From Methanomassiliicoccus sp. UBA6 (GTDB lineage Archaea; Thermoplasmatota; Thermoplasmata; Methanomassiliicoccales; Methanomassiliicoccaceae), in the NCBI GenBank assembly GCA_002508545.1, contig DAVH01000062.1, positions 559 to 64,558 of the forward strand: a stretch of DNA of 64,000 bases, written 5' to 3'. Positions 44,385 through 52,765 of the stretch are shown here, in pieces. The notes under the pieces are model-generated. The model had not been told where the DNA came from, did no database searches, and saw only the letters and a program-made list of their open reading frames with translations. Each line of letters begins with the position of its first letter. Positions within the stretch are counted from its first letter, which is position 1. A program made the translations under genes and the position numbers.

Positions 44385-45662
44385 ATGCCTGGCTCCCTGA
44401 CCGTTGGAGAGAGGATCGTTCTTCATCTGGCACAGTATTCCAAGTACATCGACAGCTACGACGCCCCCCTGGATGTCAGCCAGGACGGCATCGCCGCCGC
44501 ATTGAGGATATCCCGGGCCCACGCAGCCATCGAGCTTAAGAAGCTCAAGGACGGTGGCGAGGTCATCGAGAAGCTGGTCCACATCAAGCGGGGCAAGACC
44601 AAACGCAAGGTGTATTTCCTCACCCCGCCCGGGGAGGAGCGGGCGAGGCTCATCCGCCAGTTCGCGGAGAGCGAGGGGATCGACATCCAGCCGTTCCTGG
44701 ACCTCAAGAAGTGCAAGGGCCCGGAGCTGTGGGCCACCCTCGATGACAAGTTCAAGCCGGTGGTGGCGATGTCCTGCGTGTTCCGGAAGCCGTTCCGCCG
44801 GGAGGTCCTCCCGGACATCGCCACATCGCTGCTGCCGGTGGACGAGCGCGGGATGGTGGACCTGCCCAAGGAGCTGAAGGAGTACGTCGTCAGCGTCACC
44901 GACCCCGAGAAGCTGAAGGACTATCACAGCTTCGCGGTGGACTATTGGCTCCACTGGGACGATCTCAAGGAGGTGCTCTACCACCTGGTCTGCGCCAAGC
45001 GCTTCGCCGACGCCGAGATCCTGGTGTTCCACAACGCCAAGGAGCTTCTCCTTCACCCCGACGAGGACCTGCTGGAGGCGGTGTCCAACATACGCGATGT
45101 GACGAGGGGGTACAGCGGGCTGGTCCACTACGTGCAAGCGGAGACCGCCCGGCGGGTGGGGATGCACGAGTACTGCCTCATCGTCACCAAGTTCATGGAG
45201 GCCTCCAGCATCCCGTCCGAGAGGTTCGACGGGTACATGATCGAGGGCCTGCTGCACCTGGACCGCAAGGACTACAACCTCGCCTATCGCGCGTTCATCC
45301 GGGCCCGCGGGGTGTACGATGATCACATCGACACCCAGCTGGAGTGCTACATCGCGGAGTCGCTGATCCGCAACGGCGACTACCACGAGCCGAGGGAGAT
45401 CCTTGAGCGGCTGCTCCGCCGTGGGTTCGACAACCCCGAGGAGGAGTCCAACACCTACTATCTTCTGGGCCAGATCGCGCTAAAGACCGGCGAGGACGAC
45501 GAGGCGCTGCGGATGTTCGCGCTGAGCCGCCGAGCGATGAACATCAAGCGGACCGAGCTCTACAACAAGATCTCCGAGATGTACTACAGCGTGGGCAATC
45601 GCGAGAAGTCGCTGGAGTACGCCCTGAAGGCCAATGCCCTCAGATTAACGGAGATGTTCTGA
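44385..45662 (+). CDS. winged-HTH (N-terminal) plus TPR-like helical-repeat protein, putative transcriptional regulator
   Basis: GERIVLHLAQYSKY...SQDGIAAALRISRAHAAIELKKLKDGGEVIEKLVHIKRGKTKRKVYFLTPPGEE is wHTH-like. The C-terminal helical repeats are TPR-like (YYLLGQIALKTGEDDEALRMF...). Confidence 0.65.
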   Translation: MPGSLTVGERIVLHLAQYSKYIDSYDAPLDVSQDGIAAALRISRAHAAIELKKLKDGGEVIEKLVHIKRGKTKRKVYFLTPPGEERARLIRQFAESEGIDIQPFLDLKKCKGPELWATLDDKFKPVVAMSCVFRKPFRREVLPDIATSLLPVDERGMVDLPKELKEYVVSVTDPEKLKDYHSFAVDYWLHWDDLKEVLYHLVCAKRFADAEILVFHNAKELLLHPDEDLLEAVSNIRDVTRGYSGLVHYVQAETARRVGMHEYCLIVTKFMEASSIPSERFDGYMIEGLLHLDRKDYNLAYRAFIRARGVYDDHIDTQLECYIAESLIRNGDYHEPREILERLLRRGFDNPEEESNTYYLLGQIALKTGEDDEALRMFALSRRAMNIKRTELYNKISEMYYSVGNREKSLEYALKANALRLTEMF

Positions 45663-47160
45663 GCATATCCACGTCGCTGATGTACAGGTCCCTGAGGTCC
45701 TTCAGGTTGAACCGCAGCATGGCCAGGCGCTCGAAGCCGAGGCCGAACGCCAGCACCGGGTGCTTGATCCCGAACGGCGCGGTGACCTCCGGACGGAATA
45801 TCCCCGAACCCCCCAGCTCCATCCAGGTGTCCTTGAACCGGACCTCGATCTCCATCGACGGCTCGGTGTAGGGGAAATATCCGGGCCGGAAGCGGATGTC
45901 CTTGAACCCCATGCGGGCGTAGAACTCCCGGATGATGCCGCACAGCATGTCGAAGGAGGCGTCCTTCTCCATGATGATGCCCTCGATCTGGGTGAACTCC
46001 GGCAGGTGGGTGGCGTCGATGGCCTCCTTCCTGAACACCTTGCTCAGGGAGAACGCCTTCACCGGCGGCTCGGGATTCCTCCACAGGTGGCGGATGGAGT
46101 TCACGGTGGTGTGGGTGCGCAGGAGCGCGCGCTCCGACTCCTCCCGGCACCACTCGTACCGCCATCCCAGCGAGCCGGTCTCCCCGCCGCACTCGTGGAC
46201 CGAGCACACCTTGTCCACGATATCCTCGGCGTCCAGATCCAGGCGGGCCGGCCGCTTGAGATAGAAGGTGTCCTGGAGCTCCCGGGCCGGATGGTCCTGG
46301 GGGGTGAACAGCGCGTCCATGTTCCAGAACGCCGGCTGGACGTACTCCTCGTCGATCTCCTGGAAGCCCATGTCCACGAAGATCTTGCGAACCTCGTCGG
46401 CGATCCTGGTGAGGGGGTGCTTCTTTCCCGGGTAGATGGCCGGGGCGAAGCTGCGGACGTCGTACTTCCTGATGGTGACGTCCTTCCACCGACCGGTCTG
46501 GATCAGCTCCGGGGTGAGCTGCGCGACCTCTTCCTTGACCTCGATGCCCAGTGCCAGCATCTCCCGGCCGAGGTCGGTGAGCTCGAGCGTGCGGCTCACC
46601 GCCAGCTTCTCCACCACCAGGTCCTGGCGGGACTTGAGGGCGGCGATGGTGGCCTTGTCCAGCTCGTCCTCGGAGACGTCCTCCCGGGCCAGCGCCTCGA
46701 GCGTGAGCTCGTCGTCCATCTTCCTGCCGAGCGTCTCCCGGCCCTTGTCGGTGATGGCGATGATCGTGCTGCCGCCCTCCTTGCGGATGGTCGCGAGGTT
46801 CTTCTTCCTCAGCCAGCCGAGGGCGATGGAGACCTCCTCCTTGCCCACGGCCGAGGACAGGTCCTTCATGTCCATCTCCCCGCCCTTCTCGTCGAGAAGC
46901 TTCAGTGCGCGGCGCTCCGGCAGGCCCTTGTCGAGCGCTTCCCTGGACTTCAGGGAGTAGACCTTCCTGGCCACCTCGGATATCTGGAGCGCGCCCTTGG
47001 ACTGCAGCCAGGAGGCCGCGTTCATGACCTCGACCAGCTGGCCGAACCCGCCGGCCACGAAGACCTCTTCCGGAGTGGCGCGGCCATTCAGGCGGTTGAG
47101 TGCCAGCATCAGGCGGGCTTCGTTCGCGGACAGCCCCTCGAGGATTTCCGAGGTGTTCAT
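45640..47160 (-). CDS. pheS: phenylalanyl-tRNA synthetase alpha subunit
   Basis: There are N-terminal wHTH repeats. The class II core has HPLTRIADEVRKIFVDMGF, LLRTHTT and FRPGYFPYTEPS. Confidence 0.93.
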   Translation of the reverse strand: MNTSEILEGLSANEARLMLALNRLNGRATPEEVFVAGGFGQLVEVMNAASWLQSKGALQISEVARKVYSLKSREALDKGLPERRALKLLDEKGGEMDMKDLSSAVGKEEVSIALGWLRKKNLATIRKEGGSTIIAITDKGRETLGRKMDDELTLEALAREDVSEDELDKATIAALKSRQDLVVEKLAVSRTLELTDLGREMLALGIEVKEEVAQLTPELIQTGRWKDVTIRKYDVRSFAPAIYPGKKHPLTRIADEVRKIFVDMGFQEIDEEYVQPAFWNMDALFTPQDHPARELQDTFYLKRPARLDLDAEDIVDKVCSVHECGGETGSLGWRYEWCREESERALLRTHTTVNSIRHLWRNPEPPVKAFSLSKVFRKEAIDATHLPEFTQIEGIIMEKDASFDMLCGIIREFYARMGFKDIRFRPGYFPYTEPSMEIEVRFKDTWMELGGSGIFRPEVTAPFGIKHPVLAFGLGFERLAMLRFNLKDLRDLYISDVDMLRTSPLI

Positions 47161-47339
47161 GGGGACGGTGATTTTCCCAGACCTAATTAGTCTTTACCAT
47201 GGAACCGCCCAGCTCGCCCATCGGCGGTCGAAGACGAAGGGTACGAAGAACCTACCGCACTCCAGACGAAAAGGGCCTCGCTAACTCGAGGGCGATCTTG
47301 CTGATGTCGTCCCTAACTGAGCGGACGGTGCCGATCGGC

Positions 47340-48467
47340 CTAAGCTCCATCACAGTCCCGGAGCATGAACTCCTCGACCTTGTCCTTCGCCTGCTCCCGC
47401 TTGGCCTGGTGCTCCTCGATGAACGGGACGATGACATCGGCCAGGGACTTCTTGCACTCCCCGCACAGGACCTCGCCCCGGCGGCACCTCTCGGCGAGCT
47501 CGTCCAGCTTGCGGTCGTCCTTCTCGAAGAGATAGAACTTGTACTTGAAGACCGAGCAGACCTCCGGCCTGCCGCCGCTCTTCCTCTGCTCCTCCACCGA
47601 TACCGCCCCGCCGGTGAAGGCGGACATGATCTTCTTGCGCACGACCTTCGGCGGGTCGGTGGTGTAGATGGTGCTGTTCGGCTGCGAGGACGACATCTTG
47701 TCGGTGCCCTGCAGCCCGGGGAACATCTTGTTGTGGAGCAGCGCCGGCTTGTAATAGCCCAAGGTCGGGGCGATGTCCCTGGCCACCCGGAAGTGGGGGT
47801 CCTGGTCGATGCCGCAGGGGATCAGGCAGGGGACGTTCTTCCCGGCAAGCTCCGAGCCCAGGAAGGCCGGCGCGGCCTGGATGCTGGTGTAGAATATGCT
47901 CCCGATGTTGGTCGAGTTGTCGAACCCGAACACCGCCCGTGCGGTGGAGAAGGTGATGCGCTTCGCGACCTTCAGTGCTAGAGGGTACAGGGAGTGGATG
48001 TACTCGGTGTCCACCAGGACCTTGGTGAGCTTGGGGTCGAAGCCCAGGGCGATGACGTCCAGCAGGTTCTGGTATGCCATGTCCCGGGTGTCCTTGAGCT
48101 CGAGGTTGTCGTTGAACAGGTACTTCTCGTCGTCGGTGAGCTGGAAGTACAGCGGGACCTTGAAGGTGTCCTGCAGGTACTTGGTGAAGATCCACGGCAT
48201 CAGGTGCCCCAGGTGGGTGTGCCCCGACGGCCCCCTCCCGGTGTACAGATAGAACCTTTCCCCGGCATCGTATCGGTCCAGGATCCAGTCCATGTCCCGG
48301 TGCGAGTACACCACGCCCCGCCTCAGCAGAGGGTGCAGCTCTCCATATCTCGCCATCCGGTCCAGCAGGGCCTGGTCGATGCGCTTGGTACCGAACTTCT
48401 CTACCAGGAGGTCATAGTCTATGTCTCCGCTGACCTCCCAAGGGGTCACCTTGAACTCGCCGTTCAT
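47340..48467 (-). CDS. trpS: tryptophanyl-tRNA synthetase (archaeal/eukaryotic type)
   Basis: MNGEFKVTPWEVSGDIDYDLLVEKFGTKRID...TGRGPSGHTHLGHL (HIGH)...KMSSS. The ATG at 48467 is preferred. Confidence 0.9.
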   Translation of the reverse strand: MNGEFKVTPWEVSGDIDYDLLVEKFGTKRIDQALLDRMARYGELHPLLRRGVVYSHRDMDWILDRYDAGERFYLYTGRGPSGHTHLGHLMPWIFTKYLQDTFKVPLYFQLTDDEKYLFNDNLELKDTRDMAYQNLLDVIALGFDPKLTKVLVDTEYIHSLYPLALKVAKRITFSTARAVFGFDNSTNIGSIFYTSIQAAPAFLGSELAGKNVPCLIPCGIDQDPHFRVARDIAPTLGYYKPALLHNKMFPGLQGTDKMSSSQPNSTIYTTDPPKVVRKKIMSAFTGGAVSVEEQRKSGGRPEVCSVFKYKFYLFEKDDRKLDELAERCRRGEVLCGECKKSLADVIVPFIEEHQAKREQAKDKVEEFMLRDCDGA

Positions 48468-48642
48468 GCCTCGCTCATGTGGCAAGCGGTCAGGGAATAT
48501 ATCAACCTATTCTGCGCGCTCCCCCTGGACCGGCCGACCGGCGGCTCGATGAACCGTGGCGATGTTCCAGGCGATGGCGGAAGCGGGTTGGGAGGAATAC
48601 GGGTCACCGAAAATGCTCAATAATCGTAGCTATAATTTTTCA

Positions 48643-49164
48643 ATGGAGATGTCTGGGATGAGGCTCGACCGGCGCGGGGACATGGGGGTTTCAGCGATGA
48701 TCATCTTCATCGCCATGGTCCTCGTCGCGTCGGCCGCCGCGTCCGTGATCCTCGCCACCGCCAGCAGCCTCAGGGACCAGGCTATGCGGACCGGGACCGA
48801 TGCCGTCGCCGCGGTATCCACTGGCTATGATGTCATCTACGCCACCGGGGACGTTGCCGGCAACGAGATCGTCCGTCTGCACCTGTTCCTGAGGCTGGCC
48901 GCCGGGAGCCCGGACATCGACATCAACGGGGTGGCGGTCTCCGTGATCGTCTCATCGGAAGGCAGGTCGACCAGCGTCGACCTGGTTTGCGGCCCGGCCA
49001 ACACCGTCGAGCAGCATGACCGGGTGGAGATGATCATCGGCGGCCTGTCGGCAGGTCCCGGGGACGATGTGTCCGTCGTGATCGTCCCGCCGGCCGGGTT
49101 CCCGACACGCATCAAGATTGTCGTCCCCGAGGTGCTGACGCCGGGGACGGTGACCCTCCGGTGA
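48643..49164 (+). CDS. archaellin/type IV pilin-like protein (class III signal peptide)
   Basis: RRGDMG|VSAMIIFIAMVLVASAAASVILATAS closely resembles the archaellin N-terminal domain. The start is uncertain: ATGs at 48643, 48649 and 48658 follow a TATAATTTTT box at 48631-48640. Confidence 0.7.
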   Translation: MEMSGMRLDRRGDMGVSAMIIFIAMVLVASAAASVILATASSLRDQAMRTGTDAVAAVSTGYDVIYATGDVAGNEIVRLHLFLRLAAGSPDIDINGVAVSVIVSSEGRSTSVDLVCGPANTVEQHDRVEMIIGGLSAGPGDDVSVVIVPPAGFPTRIKIVVPEVLTPGTVTLR

Positions 49165-49183
49165 GCGTCCATGGCCCGGGGCG

Positions 49184-49588
49184 TCATCCGAGGGGAGGCA
49201 GCGCGTCACGCACCGCCTTCGCCAGGTCCTGCATGCGATATGGACGGTCCAGGTAGCGGACGATCCCCCTGGACACCTGCGGGGGGAAGAACGCCGCCCA
49301 CAGCATGGCCGTGGAGATTATCACGCGGGCGTCGGGATCGATCTCCAGCAGCATGGTCGTCGCCGCCCCTCCATCCAGCTCGAACGGCCTGTACACGCCT
49401 AGGATCACCAAGTCGTATCTCCGCCCGGCAAGCATGGCCCGCCGGTACCGGTCCACCATCTCCCCTCGGGTCCGAGCGGAGTCGGCTACCATGCCCAAGC
49501 CCCTTAGCATCTCTTTGGTGACCTCTCGAACCGTCTCGTCGTCGTCCGCCACCAGGACCCTGGGGGGCCTGATCTCCAAATCTTCCAT
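49184..49588 (-). CDS. stand-alone CheY-like receiver domain protein
   Basis: MEDLEIRPPRVLVADDDETVREV...YDLVILG...VIISTA...YLDRPY. AGGAG lies 8 nt upstream of the ATG at 49588; the track start at 49609 is a TTG. Confidence 0.75.
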   Translation of the reverse strand: MEDLEIRPPRVLVADDDETVREVTKEMLRGLGMVADSARTRGEMVDRYRRAMLAGRRYDLVILGVYRPFELDGGAATTMLLEIDPDARVIISTAMLWAAFFPPQVSRGIVRYLDRPYRMQDLAKAVRDALPPLG

Positions 49589-49771
49589 CCTGATCTCCTG
49601 TCCTTTCAACTATGTGATCGGGGAGGCTCAAACGCTCGATTATGTGCAGCGTACCGCGGGAGGCGAGCGCAAGCGTATAAATTCAACCGGCAAACAATCA
49701 CTCTTGATAACATCTTCAATATTATTTATGAATGATAATTGTCTCTGGCCGCCCAAGGCGCCTGATTGACG

Positions 49772-50557
49772 ATGATCAGAGCAGGAGATGAGGACGGGGA
49801 CCGATGGGACCGCTCCCGGCGGATCAGATGGCTGGACATGGAGCGGGTGCAGGCAGGACGCTACCTGGTCCTGGGGGCCGGCGCGCTGGGCAACGAGGCG
49901 ATCAAGGACCTCGTGCTGGCCGGGGCCAGGAACATCACCCTGGTGGACATGGACCACGTGGTCCGCTCGAACCTCAACCGCTGCGTCCTGTTCCGGGAGG
50001 GGGACAGCGCCGGGAAGCGATGGAAGGCTGAGGTGGTGGCCGAGCGGGCCTCCGACCTCGACCCGGAGGTCCGAGTGCGGGCGGTGGTGGGAAGGATCGA
50101 GCAGCTCGAGGACCGCGAGTGGAAAGAGCACGACGTCGTGCTGGGCTGCCTGGACAACATCGCCGCGCGGCTCCATGCCAACGCCCACGCGTACTATCGC
50201 GGCACTCCCTACATCGACGGGGGCACCGACGGCTTCGCCGGACGGGTGCAGGTGATCGTGCCGCCCTCCACGCCCTGCCTCCAGTGCGGCCTCAACAAGA
50301 GCCATTACAAGGTGATGGAGAAGCGGTACTCCTGCACCGGCTCGGAGATCACCTATTTCCGGCCGAGCATGGCCGCAGAGATAACCACCACCTCCATCGT
50401 CGCCGCGGTGCAGGTCAGGGAGGCACTGAAGATCGTGTGCGGCAGGAAGGACGCGGTCATCCGGAACGTCGTTCACTACAACGGCGTGAGGAACAGCTGG
50501 GACGAGCTGGAGATGTCCATCGAGCCTTCATGCCCATTGCATGTCAGCCACTCTTGA
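49772..50557 (+). CDS. ThiF/MoeB/E1-like adenylyltransferase (ubiquitin-activating-enzyme-like)
   Basis: RWDRSRRIRWLDMERVQAGRYLVLGAGALGNEAIKDLVLAGARNITLVDMDHVVRSNLNRCVLF is the Rossmann/ATP motif set. PCLQCG and YSCTG cysteines follow. The ATG is at 49772; the track start is a TTG at 49766. Confidence 0.88.
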   Translation: MIRAGDEDGDRWDRSRRIRWLDMERVQAGRYLVLGAGALGNEAIKDLVLAGARNITLVDMDHVVRSNLNRCVLFREGDSAGKRWKAEVVAERASDLDPEVRVRAVVGRIEQLEDREWKEHDVVLGCLDNIAARLHANAHAYYRGTPYIDGGTDGFAGRVQVIVPPSTPCLQCGLNKSHYKVMEKRYSCTGSEITYFRPSMAAEITTTSIVAAVQVREALKIVCGRKDAVIRNVVHYNGVRNSWDELEMSIEPSCPLHVSHS

Positions 50558-50720
50558 ATTCATTCAAGAGCTTGCAACTAGTCTCAGCCTCGAACCCCTT
50601 ACGAACTTCGGCCTCATCGCCCGCCGCTTTAGGCTAGCTGATATCCGGCATGACATTCGGCCTTTTTCTTATTTCATAAATTCATAATCGATCGGGATTA
50701 TCCGCCTTCTGGCGTCCTTC

Positions 50721-50729
50721 TTTATAAAA
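50721..50729 (+). promoter_or_regulatory. TATA-like box(es) in the AT-rich spacer upstream of the Ubl-E2-JAMM operon
   Basis: TTTATAAAA is at 50721-50729 and a second TCTTTATTG at 50771-50779, about 30-38 nt before the ATG at 50810. The spacer 50558-50809 is conspicuously AT-rich. Confidence 0.4.
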
Positions 50730-50809
50730 TGATATTAACACAGTATCAGAATTGTTACATGAAGGCGTCATCTTTATTGACCCTAATTTATCATCGAAAA
50801 TCAGATAAT

Positions 50810-51067
50810 ATGACCATCAAGGTCAAAGTTAGAAATGCCGAGACCGGATCGACCGTGGACATGGAAATGGAGAACGAGAACACCATGAGTGAGATCGTTC
50901 AAGGCGCGGCCGGTTACTGGAAGAAGGAGGCTGGAGCATATGTTCTCCGGCGAGGAAAGAAATTGCTGCGGGGCTCCCAGACGGTGCTCGAGGTCGGACT
51001 TAAGGACGACGACGAGGTAGAGCTCATCCCAGATCCCGAAGGCGGATATCGTGCCCCTCCCTTCTGA
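50810..51067 (+). CDS. ubiquitin-like beta-grasp protein with internal C-terminal Gly-Gly (pro-form)
   Basis: 85 aa: MTIKVKVRNAETGSTVDMEMENENTMSEIVQGAAGYWKKEAGAYVLRRGKKLLRGSQTVLEVGLKDDDEVELIPDPEGG-YRAPPF. The strand/helix periodicity can be aligned by eye to ubiquitin. It sits in an operon with E2 and JAMM genes. Confidence 0.72.
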   Translation: MTIKVKVRNAETGSTVDMEMENENTMSEIVQGAAGYWKKEAGAYVLRRGKKLLRGSQTVLEVGLKDDDEVELIPDPEGGYRAPPF

Positions 51068-51560
51068 GATACTGCTAGAAAGACTGAAGAACGAGCTGAG
51101 GGCGAGCGCAGGCTATGTGCGAGACGCTCCCGACCTCAGCGACCCCAGTAAGCTGGCGTGGCCTATCCACATCGTCATCGAGCTGAACCGGATCCCCGCC
51201 TATTTCATGGTCCGGGGCAAGCGCAGGGTGAGGTACTCGCATCGGTTCCGCATGACGATCAATAAGGATTATCCCTACAGCAAGCCCACGGTGACATGGC
51301 TGACCCCGATTCTCCATCCCAACATCATGGTACCGCAGGACGGAGGCCAGATATGCACCAAGCTCCTGGAGGGATGGGACTTCAACTCCACCATGATCTC
51401 GTTCATCAAGGGAGTGGAAGCTCTGTTGATCACTCCCAACCCGTCCAACCCGTTCGGCACCGACAGCTGTACGGCAGCAGCGGAGTATTACAACAAGGGC
51501 CCGAGGTACCTGCCTCCGCTTGCCAGGGTCCCCCCGCCGCGGGTGGTGAGCCGTCGGTGA
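51051..51560 (+). CDS. ubiquitin-conjugating enzyme (UBC/E2) fold protein
   Basis: RFRMTINKDYPYSKPTVTWLTPILHPNIMVPQDGGQICTKLLEGWDFNSTMISFIKGVEALLITPNPSNP carries the HPN motif, a catalytic Cys in the G-x-IC context, the following Trp, and the PNP(x)xP motif. The GTG start overlaps the Ubl gene by 17 nt. Confidence 0.85.
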   Translation: MPLPSEILLERLKNELRASAGYVRDAPDLSDPSKLAWPIHIVIELNRIPAYFMVRGKRRVRYSHRFRMTINKDYPYSKPTVTWLTPILHPNIMVPQDGGQICTKLLEGWDFNSTMISFIKGVEALLITPNPSNPFGTDSCTAAAEYYNKGPRYLPPLARVPPPRVVSRR

Positions 51561-52219
51561 GCCAACCGGTCATCGTCGGCGACCATGTGGCCGAGGTGAA
51601 GGAGCTGCCGCCGCCGGACCGGAGGAGGATAAAAGCGCACAAATGGCTCACCGAAAAACGCATGGAGGATTACCGGGGAAGGGAGAGCAAGGGTTTTGAG
51701 CTCTACATCTCCAAGCTGGCCGAGGAGAAGATCCGTAATCATGCCCTAGAGCACGCCTTTGAGCGCAAGGAGGTCATGGGCCTCCTGCTCGGTGGCATGT
51801 ACCGGCACAACGGCCTCGAGTACGCGCTGGTGAGGGACGTGGCGACCACCGATCTCGACGCCACCGACGTCAGCGTGCGGTTCGATCCGCGGGCGTTCGA
51901 GAAGTTGTTCGCCTCTCTGGAGGAGGTCGGCTTTCGCTACGTGATCGTCGGATGGTACCATTCCCACCCCTCCTACCACTGCTTCATGTCCTCCACCGAC
52001 GTGCAGACCCAGCGGTTGATGTTCAACCTTCGCGGCCACTCCGCGATCGTCATCGATCCGATCAACAAGGAGATCGAGGCGTTCTACCTGGAGGAGGGCA
52101 AGGTGCGGTCCCGTCCGTTCGCCATCTACTGGGACGAGTATCAGAGCCCCTACTACGGGACCCCGGTGCGCATGAGGGATGTCGGCCCCTCCGAGGGCGA
52201 CCTCGGGGCCGGCGCATGA
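51557..52219 (+). CDS. JAMM/MPN+ metalloisopeptidase (Rpn11-like)
   Basis: EVMGLLLGG supplies the catalytic Glu. GWYHSHPSYHCFMSSTDVQTQ is the HxHx7Sx2D motif. The start is uncertain: either GTG at 51557 overlapping the E2 stop (GTGA), or ATG at 51662. Confidence 0.85.
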   Translation: MSQPVIVGDHVAEVKELPPPDRRRIKAHKWLTEKRMEDYRGRESKGFELYISKLAEEKIRNHALEHAFERKEVMGLLLGGMYRHNGLEYALVRDVATTDLDATDVSVRFDPRAFEKLFASLEEVGFRYVIVGWYHSHPSYHCFMSSTDVQTQRLMFNLRGHSAIVIDPINKEIEAFYLEEGKVRSRPFAIYWDEYQSPYYGTPVRMRDVGPSEGDLGAGA

Positions 52220-52223
52220 GCGC

Positions 52224-52763
52224 TCAGACCCAGATGGCGTGCCTGCGCCTCAGCGAGGCCTCGTTCTGTTCCGTCCTCTCCATGATCAGAGGGACCATGG
52301 AATCGAACATGATCAGCGCGGCGTCTTCGAAGATCGTTCCCAGGGGAGCGAGCTTCTTCTTCTGCTCGTCCTTGCTCTGACCAACCTCCAGGATGATGTT
52401 GGAAGCGTGGCCCAGCTTTGAGTTGGGGCTCGAGGTCACCGCGATCACCCGCGCCCCCACCCGGCGCACGATGTTCGCGGTCTGCACCGCCGACATCGTC
52501 TCCCCGGTGTTGGACACGATGACCACGAGGTCGCACTCGTCGACGAAGGGTGTGGTCATGTCACCGACGAAGTGGACGTCGAAGCCCATCTGCACCAGCC
52601 GGACGGCGAACGCCTGTCCGATCAGGCCCGAGCGACCTACCCCGTAGATGAAGATCTTCTTGGCGTCCATGAACGCCTGGATGGTCTGCTCCACCGCACT
52701 GGGATCGACGTTGGCCAGTGCTTCCCTGACGTTCCTCAGGATGTACTCCAGCGAGTCCTGCAT
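52224..52763 (-). CDS. 6-phospho-3-hexuloisomerase (SIS domain)
   Basis: KKIFIYGVGRSGLIGQAFAVRLVQMGFDVHFVGDMTTP...VVIVSNTGETMSAVQ...LAPLGTIFEDAALIMFD. It is the last 179 codons of the composite track ORF 52224..53369. Confidence 0.85.
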   Translation of the reverse strand: MQDSLEYILRNVREALANVDPSAVEQTIQAFMDAKKIFIYGVGRSGLIGQAFAVRLVQMGFDVHFVGDMTTPFVDECDLVVIVSNTGETMSAVQTANIVRRVGARVIAVTSSPNSKLGHASNIILEVGQSKDEQKKKLAPLGTIFEDAALIMFDSMVPLIMERTEQNEASLRRRHAIWV

Positions 52764-52765
52764 GG

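Noticed and set aside
45760-47190. 476-aa plus-strand ORF
   Set aside because: It is an antisense shadow of pheS.
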